63,632 nucleotides of DNA, taken from Candidatus Omnitrophota bacterium (GTDB lineage Bacteria > Omnitrophota > Gorgyraeia > Gygaellales > Profunditerraquicolaceae). The DNA is taken from assembly GCA_011620275.1 (NCBI GenBank), contig WOZK01000019.1, positions 1-63,632 of the forward strand, given 5' to 3'. This document shows, piece by piece, positions 27,093 to 37,118 of the stretch. The notes under the pieces were generated by a model. That model worked only from the letters and a program-made list of their open reading frames with translations, made no database searches and was not told the origin of the DNA. The translations under genes and the position numbers were made by a program. How positions within the stretch are numbered: the stretch's first letter is position 1; each line of letters starts with the position of its first letter.

Positions 27093-28505
27093 ATGCCGCG
27101 ATTACTTCTGCTCAATCCGCCATCGGAGCGTATGGCAATCAGGGATAATTATTACGGCTGCTCTTCCAAAGCCGGATATTACTGGCCGCCGATAGACCTG
27201 TTGGCTTTGAGCGGTAAACTCCGCCGGTATTTTACGCTCTCGGTGATAGACGCCGTGGCGCAGGGACTGCCGCCCGGCAAATGCATGAGCCTGATCAAAG
27301 ATTTCGAGCCGGACATAATAGTCATGCTCGCCGGTCCTGTCACCTTGAAAAGCGACCTGGAGTTTGCCTCAAGGGCCGGGGCTGTTTTCAAAAGCAGGGT
27401 ATTCTTGAGCGGCGGCCCGCTGCTTTTTCACGGAAAAGAGTTCTTGGACAGGTATGATTTTATCGACGGGGTGATACTGAATTTCGCCGACAACAATCTG
27501 GCGGAGCATATTTTAAGGGCTGAAGAAGGATATAACCTTCTTTACCGCGGCGCCGGCGGTGACATCCGCGGCGAAGAGAAAATCCGCTGCCGCGGGGATT
27601 TTTCCTACGGCGTTCCGGCCTACGAGCTTTTTCCGCTCAAACGTTACCGCACGCCTTTAGCGTGGAAGAAACCTTTGGCCTGCGTTAAATCTTCCTTCGG
27701 TTGCCCGGTCGGATGCGGGTTCTGCCTTTACGGAAGGCTTCCTTACGCCGCGCGCTCTCTAGATGATCTGTTCGCGGAATTCCGTTATTTGAAGCGCGCC
27801 GGTATCAAGGAAATCATGTTCTCTGATCCGAATTTCACCGTTAACAGGGCCAGGGTGGAAGCTATCTGTGAAGGGATTTCGCGTAATTGCAAGGGGATCA
27901 GGTGGAGCGCCGCCGCTCACGCCGCTTCCATAGACCGCGGTCTGCTGCGCGTAATGAAGTCGGCAGGGTGCCATCTTCTGGAGATCGGCGTGGAAAGCGG
28001 GAGCGACCGTATACTTCAGCTTTACGGAAAAAGGAGCGATCGCAGCACCGTTGAAAAGGCCTTCGATGCCTGCAAACTGGAAGGGATCGATGTGCTGGGA
28101 TATTTTATTTTCGGTCTGCCGGGGGAAAGCGCGCTGGATATGCGGGCCACTCTCGACTTGGCTCTGGAGCTTGATCCTTACATCGCCTCTTTTTCCGTCG
28201 CCTGTCCTTTTCTGGGGACGCCACTGGAGGATGAATGCCGTCGTAAAGGCTGGATAGACCCGGAGACGGAGGAGTTTGATTCCAGCGGTAAGGCTTCTAT
28301 AAACTGCGGCGGACTTTCTCCGGCGGAGGTGAACAAAATGAAGGAATATGCTTACCGCAAATTTTATCTGCGTCCGGGTAAGATATTAAAGATCGCTCTT
28401 CAATCTTTAAAAAGAACGCCGTTGGACTTTCTGTATTACTTGTGGTATTTCTTCTCGCGGGCCGCGATGACGGGACGTTTCGCCGGGCGGCGGTCCGTGC
28501 TTTGA
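27093..28505 (+). CDS. B12-binding domain radical SAM protein (divergent)
   Basis: RLLLLNPPS, YWPPIDLLALSGKL, CPVGCGFC, LEIGVESGS, GLPGES. Confidence 0.85.
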   Translation: MPRLLLLNPPSERMAIRDNYYGCSSKAGYYWPPIDLLALSGKLRRYFTLSVIDAVAQGLPPGKCMSLIKDFEPDIIVMLAGPVTLKSDLEFASRAGAVFKSRVFLSGGPLLFHGKEFLDRYDFIDGVILNFADNNLAEHILRAEEGYNLLYRGAGGDIRGEEKIRCRGDFSYGVPAYELFPLKRYRTPLAWKKPLACVKSSFGCPVGCGFCLYGRLPYAARSLDDLFAEFRYLKRAGIKEIMFSDPNFTVNRARVEAICEGISRNCKGIRWSAAAHAASIDRGLLRVMKSAGCHLLEIGVESGSDRILQLYGKRSDRSTVEKAFDACKLEGIDVLGYFIFGLPGESALDMRATLDLALELDPYIASFSVACPFLGTPLEDECRRKGWIDPETEEFDSSGKASINCGGLSPAEVNKMKEYAYRKFYLRPGKILKIALQSLKRTPLDFLYYLWYFFSRAAMTGRFAGRRSVL

Positions 28506-28608
28506 TCCGTAAACGGTAGTGTGTAGACTACCAATATCCATCAGGAGTTTTCTCTTGAAAAACACCGGTCTTTAATATAAGATATCTTACGAATTGAAAA
28601 GAACCCCG

Positions 28609-28647
28609 GCTTCAAGCACGGAGAGTTTTATTATCTCCGCTTGAAGC
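28609..28647 (+). terminator. strong stem-loop at the 3' end of the island (possible terminator, no U-tract)
   Basis: GCTTCAAG(28609-16) ca CGGAGA(28619-24) loop gttttatta TCTCCG(28634-39) CTTGAAGC(28640-47): 14 bp with a 2-nt bulge. It is followed by aaatggttc rather than a T run. Confidence 0.35.
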
Positions 28648-28677
28648 AAATGGTTCTATTCTGAATCCCATTGAAGA

Positions 28678-29619
28678 ATGAAGAAAAACTTGAAGTCCGC
28701 GCGCTTTATTGTCGCTATAGACCTTGGCGGCACTAATATAAAAGTAGCCTTGTTCTCTCTTGGGTTCAAGATGCGGGATAGGCTATCTTGCCCTACTCCC
28801 GTCCTCCACGGCAGGCAGGCGGTTATCGTAGCCGTGCTGGAGATGGTGGCCGGCCTTTTAAGCCGCCGGAAAATCAGCGCCGGATCTATCTCTGCCGCCG
28901 GCATCGGCGTGCCCGGTCCGGTGGATTTTGACAGGCAGGTTGTCCATTTCCTGCCGAATATACCCGGCTGGAGGAACGTGCCTTTAAGTTCCGTGTTCAC
29001 CTCTGCCTGCGGTATTCCTTGCGTGGTGGATAACGACGCCAAGATGATGGCTTTGGCCGAATACACGCTCGGCGCCGCTAAAGGCAGCCGTAACGCCGTC
29101 TGCCTTACTCTGGGCACCGGGGTGGGCGCCGGATTGATAATCGAGGGAAAACTTTACCGCGGCGCGGACAACGCCGCCGGTGAGATCGGGCATCTGCCTT
29201 TGAACGAGAACGGACCGGCGTGCCCCTGCGGAGGAAAGGCTTGTCTGGAGCGATACGCAGGAAACGGAGCCCTGCTTAAAGAAGCGCGCGCCGCTCTCGG
29301 CGCCTCCATTACTCTGGAAAAGGCGAGCGCGTTGGCTGCCGGAGGAAACAGAAAAGCACTCCGCTTCTGGCGGACGGCCTCAACACATATAGGCATAGCC
29401 TTGGCTGGATTAAGTAACGTTTTGAACCCGGATGTGATAGTTGTCGGAGGAGGGGTCTCTTCGGCCGGCCGTCCTCTTTTCGACGGCTTAAAAGAAAATC
29501 TGCTGAGACGGGCGATGCCGGTGCAGGGGCGCAGGGTTAAGGTGGTGAGGGCCGCGCTGGGCAGTGACGCGGGTTTGATAGGCGCGGCTCTTGCGGCCGC
29601 GGGGAGGACGAGAGCTTGA
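28678..29619 (+). CDS. ROK-family sugar kinase (glucokinase-like)
   Basis: [45 protein letters not shown], zinc motif [10 protein letters not shown]. Confidence 0.9.
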   Translation: MKKNLKSARFIVAIDLGGTNIKVALFSLGFKMRDRLSCPTPVLHGRQAVIVAVLEMVAGLLSRRKISAGSISAAGIGVPGPVDFDRQVVHFLPNIPGWRNVPLSSVFTSACGIPCVVDNDAKMMALAEYTLGAAKGSRNAVCLTLGTGVGAGLIIEGKLYRGADNAAGEIGHLPLNENGPACPCGGKACLERYAGNGALLKEARAALGASITLEKASALAAGGNRKALRFWRTASTHIGIALAGLSNVLNPDVIVVGGGVSSAGRPLFDGLKENLLRRAMPVQGRRVKVVRAALGSDAGLIGAALAAAGRTRA

Positions 29620-30278
29620 AATTATTTCTGGATACGGCCGATACCGGCGAGATAAGGGAAGCGGCGGCGCTGGGATTGATAGACGGCGTGACCACGAATC
29701 CTACCCTGATGGCGAAAGAGAAACGCGACCCCGTGGAGGTGTTGAAGGAGATATGTTCCATCGTCTCGGGCCCGGTCAGCGCGGAAGTCGTCGGCATGGA
29801 AGCCGGCGGCATGGTCGAGGAGGCGATGCGGCTTTCGCGTATCGCCGGGAACATCGTTATAAAGGTACCCTTGATTAAAGAAGGGCTCAAGGCGGTCGGA
29901 ATGCTCTCCCGGAAGGGGATAAAAACCAACGTGACGCTGTGTTTTTCATCTTCCCAGGCACTGCTGGCGGCGAAAGCCGGGGCGGATTACATTTCGCCTT
30001 TTATCGGAAGGCTGGACGACGTCTCGCAGGTGGGGATTGATTTGATCAGGGACATAAAACTGATTTACGGGAATTACGGTTTTAAGACGCAGATAATAGT
30101 GGCTTCTGTAAGGAACCCGGTACACGTCGCCGAGGCTGCCAAGATCGGAGCGGACATCGCGACCATTCCTTACGCGGTCATCGAACAGCTTGTCAGGCAT
30201 CCCTTGACCGATATCGGGGTGCAAAGGTTCCTGAACGACTGGAATAAGATATCGCAGTTTAACACTTCAGCGGTTTGA
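29616..30278 (+). CDS. fructose-6-phosphate aldolase / short-type transaldolase
   Basis: TTG start; [40 protein letters not shown]; 220 aa. Confidence 0.9.
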   Translation: MKLFLDTADTGEIREAAALGLIDGVTTNPTLMAKEKRDPVEVLKEICSIVSGPVSAEVVGMEAGGMVEEAMRLSRIAGNIVIKVPLIKEGLKAVGMLSRKGIKTNVTLCFSSSQALLAAKAGADYISPFIGRLDDVSQVGIDLIRDIKLIYGNYGFKTQIIVASVRNPVHVAEAAKIGADIATIPYAVIEQLVRHPLTDIGVQRFLNDWNKISQFNTSAV

Positions 30279-30296
30279 ACCGTGCCGGGGCGTAGA

Positions 30297-32492
30297 ATGA
30301 GGAGATCTTTCATAGCAAACGGGTTGCTCATCGCGGCGCTGCTGTCGGCTCCCGCGGCGCGCGCAGCCCTCGCGCAGGATCCGGAACAGGGAGTGACCGT
30401 CAACGGCGATAACGTGGAGTATTCCGCTGAAGAGAAAAAAGTCTCCGCTTCAGGCAACGTAGAGGTGAAATACAAAGACAGCACGCTGACTTGCGGCAGC
30501 CTTCAGGCGGATACCGTTACCAAGGACACGAAGGCTTCCGGAAACGTCAAGGTTTCCGATGCCCGCGGCATCATAGAGGCAGAGTCGTTTTCCTATAATC
30601 TGAAAACAAAGACCGGCGAAGCGAGCAACGCCGCTTTCAATTCGCCGCCTTACTTCGGCAGGGCCGAATCGGTAAGCCAGGTGGGGGAGAACGAGATAAT
30701 CGCCAGGCGCGGTTATTACACCACCTGTGAATACGATACCCCGGATTACAGGCTCAGCGCGGAGGAGATGGATTTTAAGACCGGGGAGCGCGTCACCGCC
30801 AGGGAGAACGTCTTCCGCTTCTGGAATATGCCCCTGTTATACCTGCCGTATTTCACTCACTCTTTCGCGGACCCCTTTATGCGCATCCAGCTGACCCCCG
30901 GCACCCGCAGCGAATGGGGGACGTTCCTGCTTACCACGACGCGTTTCGACATCAGCGATAACGCGGACGGCCGGATATACCTTGATTACAGGAGCAAACT
31001 CGGCGTGGCCGAGGGGGTCGGCTCCAATTACGACACCAGGATCGCCGGTAAAGGCAACTTCAAGTTTTATTACGCGCACGAGAAAGACACGAACCTTGAC
31101 GAGGGGACGCCGGACGAGTTTGAGCGGTACCTGATACGCTGGCGTCATAAATGGGACATAGACCGCAGCACCTCCCTGATTAACGAATATTACAGGATTC
31201 AAGATTCCAAATACACGCTTCTCGGCAAGGATCACTTCATACTCAAGGATTATTTTTACAGGGAATACGAATCCGATTCCAGGCCGCTGTCATACACCCT
31301 GTTGCACCATTCATTTTCCGGTTCCAGCTTCGACGTCCTCCTGCAAAAACGCACGAACCGCTGGTATGACCAGCTGGAGAAGCTGCCCGAGATAAAATAC
31401 AGCCTTCCCGGCGTTCCGCTCTGGGACGGGCCTTTATATTTCGAGAACGGCAGCTCTTTCGCCAACCTGAATTATAAAAAAGCGGTACCTTCGCCTTCGT
31501 CGGCCGACGTCTCGGTCAACCGGTTCGATACCTACAACAAGGTCTCTCTGCCTACCAAGATAGCGTTCGTAGAACTCACTCCTTTTGTCGGCAGCCGGCA
31601 GACCTTTTACGACAGGGACATAAATAATGCAGCGCCGGGTCCGCGCACGATTTTCTACGCCGGGGCGGACGCCAGCACCCGCTTTTACCGTATTTTCGAC
31701 GTGCGCCCGCGCCTGCTGGGGATGGATATCAACGGCTTGAGACACGTGATCACACCTTCAATAAAATACGCCTACAACCACGCGCCCACGCTGCCGGCAG
31801 AGCGGCTTAAATATTTCGACGAGGTGGATTCCATCACGCGCAGCAACGTCTTTACCCTGGAACTCTCGAACAAACTGCAGACCAAGCGCAGCAACGGGTC
31901 CAGGGCGGACATCGTGGAACTGCGCCTGCAGACGGATTATTCTTTCGATCCCAGGACTGTCGCTTACCATCCCGAGACCTTTCGCCAGACCGTGTCCGAA
32001 TCCGGCAGCAAGTTCGGGGACCTGCTCATTTATCTCGACGCCAGGCCTTACGACAACGTCCGTTTCAGTTCCTCGGCCAGGTACGACCACATCGGCGACT
32101 ATTTCAAAGAGATCAACTACGATATCAACTATTACGTCGCCGCAGAGCGCTCCTTCGGTATCGGCCAGCGTTACACGAACAAGCTTTATGACAACAATTA
32201 CGGCGGCAATCAGATCACCTTCAGCACCGTCTGGAGATTCAATCCTAAGTGGAAGTTCGAATTATACGAGCGTTACCAGGTCAACCGGACCACCCAGAGG
32301 GACAGCGGTTTCATAGAACAGCAGTATATCCTTTCGCGCGACCTGCACTGCTGGACAATGAATCTTGCTTACGATATCAAGGAAGATACGGGCCACACCA
32401 TCTGGGTGATCTTCCATCTCAAGGCGTTCCCTGAGATGGAATTCGGTTTTGACCAGTCCTATCACGCTCCCTCTTCAGGTTCCCAGCGATGA
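30297..32492 (+). CDS. lptD: LPS-assembly outer-membrane protein LptD (OstA family)
   Basis: Signal peptide MRRSFIANGLLIAALLSAPAARA, OstA-like N-domain (GDNVEY..GNVEVKY..GNVKV), YYTTCEYDTPDYRL, long beta-barrel-type C-terminus rich in Y/F/N/R. Confidence 0.8.
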   Translation: MRRSFIANGLLIAALLSAPAARAALAQDPEQGVTVNGDNVEYSAEEKKVSASGNVEVKYKDSTLTCGSLQADTVTKDTKASGNVKVSDARGIIEAESFSYNLKTKTGEASNAAFNSPPYFGRAESVSQVGENEIIARRGYYTTCEYDTPDYRLSAEEMDFKTGERVTARENVFRFWNMPLLYLPYFTHSFADPFMRIQLTPGTRSEWGTFLLTTTRFDISDNADGRIYLDYRSKLGVAEGVGSNYDTRIAGKGNFKFYYAHEKDTNLDEGTPDEFERYLIRWRHKWDIDRSTSLINEYYRIQDSKYTLLGKDHFILKDYFYREYESDSRPLSYTLLHHSFSGSSFDVLLQKRTNRWYDQLEKLPEIKYSLPGVPLWDGPLYFENGSSFANLNYKKAVPSPSSADVSVNRFDTYNKVSLPTKIAFVELTPFVGSRQTFYDRDINNAAPGPRTIFYAGADASTRFYRIFDVRPRLLGMDINGLRHVITPSIKYAYNHAPTLPAERLKYFDEVDSITRSNVFTLELSNKLQTKRSNGSRADIVELRLQTDYSFDPRTVAYHPETFRQTVSESGSKFGDLLIYLDARPYDNVRFSSSARYDHIGDYFKEINYDINYYVAAERSFGIGQRYTNKLYDNNYGGNQITFSTVWRFNPKWKFELYERYQVNRTTQRDSGFIEQQYILSRDLHCWTMNLAYDIKEDTGHTIWVIFHLKAFPEMEFGFDQSYHAPSSGSQR

Positions 32493-33826
32493 AAAGAAAA
32501 CCCAAAATGTCCAAGTCTTTCCCGGATTATTTCGCGATATTGAAGAAAAAGATAGAACGGAAGAAAGCCGCGGTGGCCGTGATCGGGCTCGGTTATGTCG
32601 GACTGCCCCTGGCGGCGGAGTTCGCGCTCAAGGGTTTTAAGGTCACGGGGGTGGACCTCGATGAGGACAGGGTGAGGAGGCTCAACGATAACACTTCCTA
32701 CATCTCCGACGTCCCGCATAAGGTGATATCCCGCGCCGCCGCCGCCGGTTTGCTGCGCGCTTCCACTGATTTCAGTCTTTTGTCCGGGGCCGACGTGATT
32801 CTTATCTGCGTTCCTACGCCTTTGAAACGCAAATACCACCCGGACATCTCGTTTATCATCTCGGCGGTGAAACAGATCAGGAAGAACCTTCGGCCGGGAC
32901 AGCTGGTGATACTGGAGAGCACCACCTATCCCGGCACTACGCAGGAGGTCATACTGCCCCTGCTGGAATCGTCCGGCCTGGTTTGCGGCAGGGATTTTTT
33001 TCTCGTTTTTTCCCCGGAACGCATAGACCCGGGCAACAGGAATTTTCCGGTTAACAAGATACCCAAAGTGGTGGGAGGGGTGACCAGCGAGGCCTCTGAA
33101 CTGGCCGCCGCGCTTTACCGCCGCATCACCTGCGCGGCGGTGCCCGTTTCTTCTCCCCGCGTTGCCGAGACGGTGAAACTGCTGGAAAACACCTTTCGCA
33201 TCGTCAACATCGGGATGATAGACGAGATGGCGATGATGTGCCACAAGATGGGCATAGACATATGGGAGGTGGTGGAAGCCGCCGGGACCAAACCTTTCGG
33301 CTTCATGCCGTTTTATCCCGGCCCCGGGGTCGGGGGGCACTGCATTCCCAAGGACCCGCTTTATCTCTACTGGAAGGCGAAGTCGTTCGGGTTCAAATCG
33401 AAATATATAAAGCTCTCTTCCGATATAATCAACCATATGCCGCGTTACGTTGTAGACAGGGTGCAGGCCGCGCTGCGCTCGCGCGGCAGGCGCCTCAAGG
33501 GAGCCGGAATCCTGGTCTGCGGGGTGACCTACAAAAAGGATATCAAAGACCTGCGCAAATCTCCGCCCCTGGATATCATCGAAATACTCCGCTTGAGGCA
33601 GGCGAAGGTGTCTTACCACGACCCCTTGATACCTTATCTGAAGATCGGCTCCATAGACCTGAAATCGCAGCCGCTGTCGCCGTCCGTGCTCAAGTCCTGC
33701 GACTGCGTAATTATCGCCACGGATCATTCCTCCGTAGATTACGCCCGTATCAAAAGGTATGCCCCTTTCATTTTCGATACCCGTAACGTTTACGCCGCCG
33801 CCGGCGATGGTATAGAAAAACTATGA
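32489..33826 (+). CDS. nucleotide-sugar 6-dehydrogenase (UDP-GlcNAc/ManNAc/Glc dehydrogenase family)
   Basis: VAVIGLGYVGLPLAAEFA, ESTTYPGTT, GGHCIPKDP catalytic Cys context, GVTYKKDIKDLRKSP. Confidence 0.88.
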   Translation: MKRKPKMSKSFPDYFAILKKKIERKKAAVAVIGLGYVGLPLAAEFALKGFKVTGVDLDEDRVRRLNDNTSYISDVPHKVISRAAAAGLLRASTDFSLLSGADVILICVPTPLKRKYHPDISFIISAVKQIRKNLRPGQLVILESTTYPGTTQEVILPLLESSGLVCGRDFFLVFSPERIDPGNRNFPVNKIPKVVGGVTSEASELAAALYRRITCAAVPVSSPRVAETVKLLENTFRIVNIGMIDEMAMMCHKMGIDIWEVVEAAGTKPFGFMPFYPGPGVGGHCIPKDPLYLYWKAKSFGFKSKYIKLSSDIINHMPRYVVDRVQAALRSRGRRLKGAGILVCGVTYKKDIKDLRKSPPLDIIEILRLRQAKVSYHDPLIPYLKIGSIDLKSQPLSPSVLKSCDCVIIATDHSSVDYARIKRYAPFIFDTRNVYAAAGDGIEKL

Positions 33827-34794
33827 GCGCAAAGAGGAAGACGGCGGTGGTGGCCGGGGGGGCGGGGTTCATCGGGGCCCATTTATGCCGCCGTCTAATA
33901 GCCGAAGGAATGCGCGTGGTATGCCTTGATTCTTTCGTGACAAGCGGCCCCCAGGCCCTGCGCGGACTCAGGCGCGATCCCCGTTTCGATTTCCTGCGTT
34001 TCGATATCAACCGGCCTTTCAAGCTCTCCGGCAAGTTCGGTTATTTTTTTCATTTGGCCTGCCCGGCTTCTCCTAAAGCCTATATGCGCCTGCCTCTTTT
34101 GACCTTGCGCACCGGCTCGGTCGGGACGATGAACTGCCTGGAAGCCGCCTCGGCCGGCGGCGCGCGTTTTATACTGGCATCCACATCAGAGGTCTACGGA
34201 GACCCTCTGATGCATCCCCAGCGGGAGGATTATTTCGGCAACGTCGATCCCGTGGGTCCGCGCAGCTGTTACGACGAGGCAAAACGCTTTTCGGAAGCCG
34301 CGGTCGCGGCTTACCGCGGCGCTGGCAGAACCGAGGGCTGTATAGCCAGGATATTCAATACTTACGGCGAAGGGATGCAGGCTTCCGACGGCAGGGTGGT
34401 TTCCAATATGATCTGCGCCGCAGTCTCAGGAAGGCCTTTGCCGGTCAACGGTGACGGCAGACAGACCAGGTCGTTCTGCTACATAGCGGATATGGTGGAA
34501 GGACTGCTGCGCCTGGCCCTGCGCGGAGTGCCCGGACCGGTCAACCTCGGCAACCCGCAGGAGATCAGCATACTCAAGCTGGCGGGGATGATAAACCGTC
34601 TTACCGGCAACAAGGCGGGACTGCGTTTTCTAAAGGCCTCTGTCGGCGACCCGCGTAAGCGGAAACCCGACATCTCCCTGGCGGTAAAGCTGCTCGGCTG
34701 GCGCCCTTTGGTCCCGCTTGATGAAGGGCTTGAGAATACCTGCCGGTGGTTTAAGGATATCCGGGGCAGAAGCAACGGCATCGATAGAACCTGA
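33823..34794 (+). CDS. UDP-glucuronate decarboxylase-type SDR (UXS family; substrate could be UDP-GlcA or UDP-GlcNAcA)
   Basis: VVAGGAGFIGAHLCRRL, STSEVYGDPLMHPQREDYFGNVDPVGPRSCYDEAKR, RIFNTYGEGM. Confidence 0.88.
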   Translation: MSAKRKTAVVAGGAGFIGAHLCRRLIAEGMRVVCLDSFVTSGPQALRGLRRDPRFDFLRFDINRPFKLSGKFGYFFHLACPASPKAYMRLPLLTLRTGSVGTMNCLEAASAGGARFILASTSEVYGDPLMHPQREDYFGNVDPVGPRSCYDEAKRFSEAAVAAYRGAGRTEGCIARIFNTYGEGMQASDGRVVSNMICAAVSGRPLPVNGDGRQTRSFCYIADMVEGLLRLALRGVPGPVNLGNPQEISILKLAGMINRLTGNKAGLRFLKASVGDPRKRKPDISLAVKLLGWRPLVPLDEGLENTCRWFKDIRGRSNGIDRT

Positions 34795-34823
34795 TTGACA
34801 AGGATTTTCAAGGATGTTATATT
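34795..34823 (+). promoter_or_regulatory. sigma70 consensus-like promoter for rpsU
   Basis: TTGACA 34795-34800, 17-nt spacer, TATATT 34818-34823; AAGGAG 34831-34836, 10 nt before ATG 34847. Confidence 0.55.
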
Positions 34824-34846
34824 GTTGCAAAAGGAGATGATGCCAA

Positions 34847-35008
34847 ATGTCGAAAGTAGAGATCAAGAAGGACGAGTCGTTTGAAGCGGCGCTGCGCCGT
34901 TTTAAGAGGCAGATCGAACAGGAAGGTATTCTGAAAGAAGTGCGCGACCGCAAGCATTACGAAAAGCCGAGTGAAAAACGAAGGAAAAAGGCGCGCCGTA
35001 ATCGTTAA
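34847..35008 (+). CDS. rpsU: 30S ribosomal protein S21
   Basis: Not in the ORF track (53 aa). My translation: [53 protein letters not shown]; stop TAA 35006-35008. Confidence 0.92.
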   Translation: MSKVEIKKDESFEAALRRFKRQIEQEGILKEVRDRKHYEKPSEKRRKKARRNR

Positions 35009-35017
35009 CGCGGAAAG

Positions 35018-35938
35018 ATGCCTTTTTCGCTCTCGACCTCTTGGAACGCTTTCAGGCATTCTTCCGGCGGGGAAATGCTTTTAGAGATATTGTCTCTTGG
35101 GTTTACGGAGGTGGAATTAGGATTCAACCTCACCCGGAAAATGGTTGACGGCGTGAAGAAAGCCTCCGGCAAACGCGGGTTCCGCGTATCCAGCGTGCAT
35201 AACTACTGCCCGGTGCCGGAAGGGATGGAAAGGGGAAAGGCCCTGCCGGATTGTTATTCCATGTCTTCTACGGACCGGCAAGAGCGCGCGGCCGCCGTGA
35301 AATTCGCCAAAAGAAGCATAGATACCGCCGCGGAATTGAATGCCGAGGCGGTTGTTCTGCATTGCGGGCGCGTGGAGATAAAGGACAGGACGCGGGAAAT
35401 GATATCCCTGCGCCTCAAGGGAGAAGAAGGAAACGCCCTTCTGGCGCAGACCAGAAAGGAATTCATCCGCGAAAGAAGGAATGCCGCAGGTGTTTTCTTT
35501 TCCAACGCCCTGCGCAGCCTTGAGGAACTCGACGCCTACGCTTCGCGCCGGGGCATAAAACTCGGAATAGAGAACAGGTTCTATTACCGGGAGATCCCGT
35601 CTTTTGAAGAGACCGGCGAGATATTCCGGCGCTTCACCGGTTCAAGCCTTTGTTTCTGGTATGATACCGGCCACGGCAGGATCATCGAGAACCTCGGGTT
35701 CGCGGCCGCGGGAGCTTTTATGGCACGATATTCTTTTTTTCTGGGCGGCCTGCATTTACATAATGTTAAAGACTTTCAGGATCATCTTCCGCCTTCGGCG
35801 GACGGTGAGATAGATTTCCGGAGTATGGCCGCGGAAATAAGGGGATGCCCTTTGCGGGTGATCGAGGCGCATGCTCCGGCTTCCGGGGAGAGCGTTTCGG
35901 GGTCGCTTTCATTCCTTGAAAGGATAATACATGCTTAA
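35018..35938 (+). CDS. sugar phosphate isomerase/epimerase (xylose isomerase-like TIM barrel)
   Basis: Pattern GFTEVEL..VHNYCP..VVLHCG..LGIENR..WYDTGH..LHLHN typical of the AP-endonuclease-2/TIM barrel family. Confidence 0.6.
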   Translation: MPFSLSTSWNAFRHSSGGEMLLEILSLGFTEVELGFNLTRKMVDGVKKASGKRGFRVSSVHNYCPVPEGMERGKALPDCYSMSSTDRQERAAAVKFAKRSIDTAAELNAEAVVLHCGRVEIKDRTREMISLRLKGEEGNALLAQTRKEFIRERRNAAGVFFSNALRSLEELDAYASRRGIKLGIENRFYYREIPSFEETGEIFRRFTGSSLCFWYDTGHGRIIENLGFAAAGAFMARYSFFLGGLHLHNVKDFQDHLPPSADGEIDFRSMAAEIRGCPLRVIEAHAPASGESVSGSLSFLERIIHA

Positions 35939-36749
35939 GACGCGTTTACGTCCGCCGGCGGTCGCGGGGCGTTTTTACGAGAGCGCTCCGGAGGCCCTGC
36001 GCAGGCAGGTGGAATCGCTGGTGGACACCGGACGCTCAAAAACCGAGGCGGTAGGATGCATACTGCCGCACGCGGGTTATGTGTATTCCGGTAAGGTCGC
36101 GGGCCGCACGGTTTCGTCTTTACGCATAAGGCCTCACCTCATACTGCTCGGGCCCAACCATACCGGCGCCGGAAGCCCGTTCAGTTTTTCTTTACAGACC
36201 TGGGAAACGCCTTTGGGCAAGTGCCGCGCGGATGATGAGATGGCGGCCGCCCTCACCGCGGAATGCGCTTTGCTTCGCGAAGACGACAGCGCGCATAAGG
36301 CCGAACACTCCCTGGAAGTGGAATTACCGTTTTTTCAATATCTCGGCGGGGATTTTCGCATATTCCCCGTCTGCATAGGCGGGGGCGGCCCTTGCGAACT
36401 GATAGAGTTAGGGCGCGCCATTGCGAATGCGGTAAAGAAGTCTTTCCCTCCAGGGTCGGTGTTGATAGCGGCCAGCAGCGACATGACGCATTACGAAGAT
36501 AGTTTAAGCGCCGGAAAAAAGGACAGGGCGGCGCTGGATGCGGTTTGCGGTTTTGACGCCGAGGAGCTTTACCGGCGCGTCCTGGAGATGGATATAAGTA
36601 TGTGCGGTTACGGCCCTGTAATGTCTCTGCTTGAGGCGGCAAAGCGGCTCGGCGCGGTCAAGGCTGAGATCATAGAATATGCCAACAGCGGAGAGGTAAG
36701 CGGAGATTTCTCCAGCGTTGTAGGCTACGCCGGGGTCGTTGTCTCCTGA
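35931..36749 (+). CDS. MEMO1-family protein (AmmeMemoRadiSam system protein B)
   Basis: RPPAVAGRFYE, ILPHAGYVYSG, EHSLEVELPFFQY, SSDMTHY, GYGP. Confidence 0.85.
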   Translation: MLKTRLRPPAVAGRFYESAPEALRRQVESLVDTGRSKTEAVGCILPHAGYVYSGKVAGRTVSSLRIRPHLILLGPNHTGAGSPFSFSLQTWETPLGKCRADDEMAAALTAECALLREDDSAHKAEHSLEVELPFFQYLGGDFRIFPVCIGGGGPCELIELGRAIANAVKKSFPPGSVLIAASSDMTHYEDSLSAGKKDRAALDAVCGFDAEELYRRVLEMDISMCGYGPVMSLLEAAKRLGAVKAEIIEYANSGEVSGDFSSVVGYAGVVVS

Positions 36750-36776
36750 AGGCCGGGAGCGGGAAAGGAAAAATGC

Positions 36777-37118
36777 ATGGATAAACAAGACGAGAAGAAA
36801 AAGGTCGACGAGTCCTGGAAGGATTCGGTCGAAAAAGAGAAGTCGTCAGAGAGCAAGGACGGAGGGTTTAAGCCGCCGGAAGCGGATTTCAACCTCTTTG
36901 TGACCAGCATGGCTTTACAGGCATCCATCGCGCTGGGCATCGTCGCCAACCCTTCTACCGGGAAAAAAGAGTCCAATCTTTCCCAGGCGAAGTTCCTGAT
37001 AGATACCCTGGCGATGCTGCAGGAGAAGACTTCCGGTAATCTCAGCGAAGAAGAGGGGCGGCTGCTGGAGAACGCGCTTTACGAATTGAGACTGCAATAC
37101 GTGGAGAATAACAAATGA
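36777..37118 (+). CDS. DUF1844-like protein
   Basis: FVTSMALQASIALG..NLSQAKFLIDTLAMLQEKTSGNLSEEE pattern. Confidence 0.6.
   Translation: MDKQDEKKKVDESWKDSVEKEKSSESKDGGFKPPEADFNLFVTSMALQASIALGIVANPSTGKKESNLSQAKFLIDTLAMLQEKTSGNLSEEEGRLLENALYELRLQYVENNK

Noticed and set aside
1794-28599. Identical 13-mer TTACGAATTGAAA at 1794-1806 and 28587-28599, considered as att-like direct repeats bounding a mobile island
   Set aside because: A 13-mer match is expected by chance many times in 63.6 kb (4^13 is about 6.7e7 against roughly 2e9 position pairs). The first copy lies inside the island rather than at its edge, and there is no integrase or tRNA at either end. It is kept only as part of the palindromic-repeat observation.
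32462-33727. 421-aa ORF on the minus strand
   Set aside because: It lies entirely antisense to the well-supported nucleotide-sugar dehydrogenase gene. The product is Arg/Gly/His-rich with no motif, which is the typical shadow ORF of GC-rich coding DNA.
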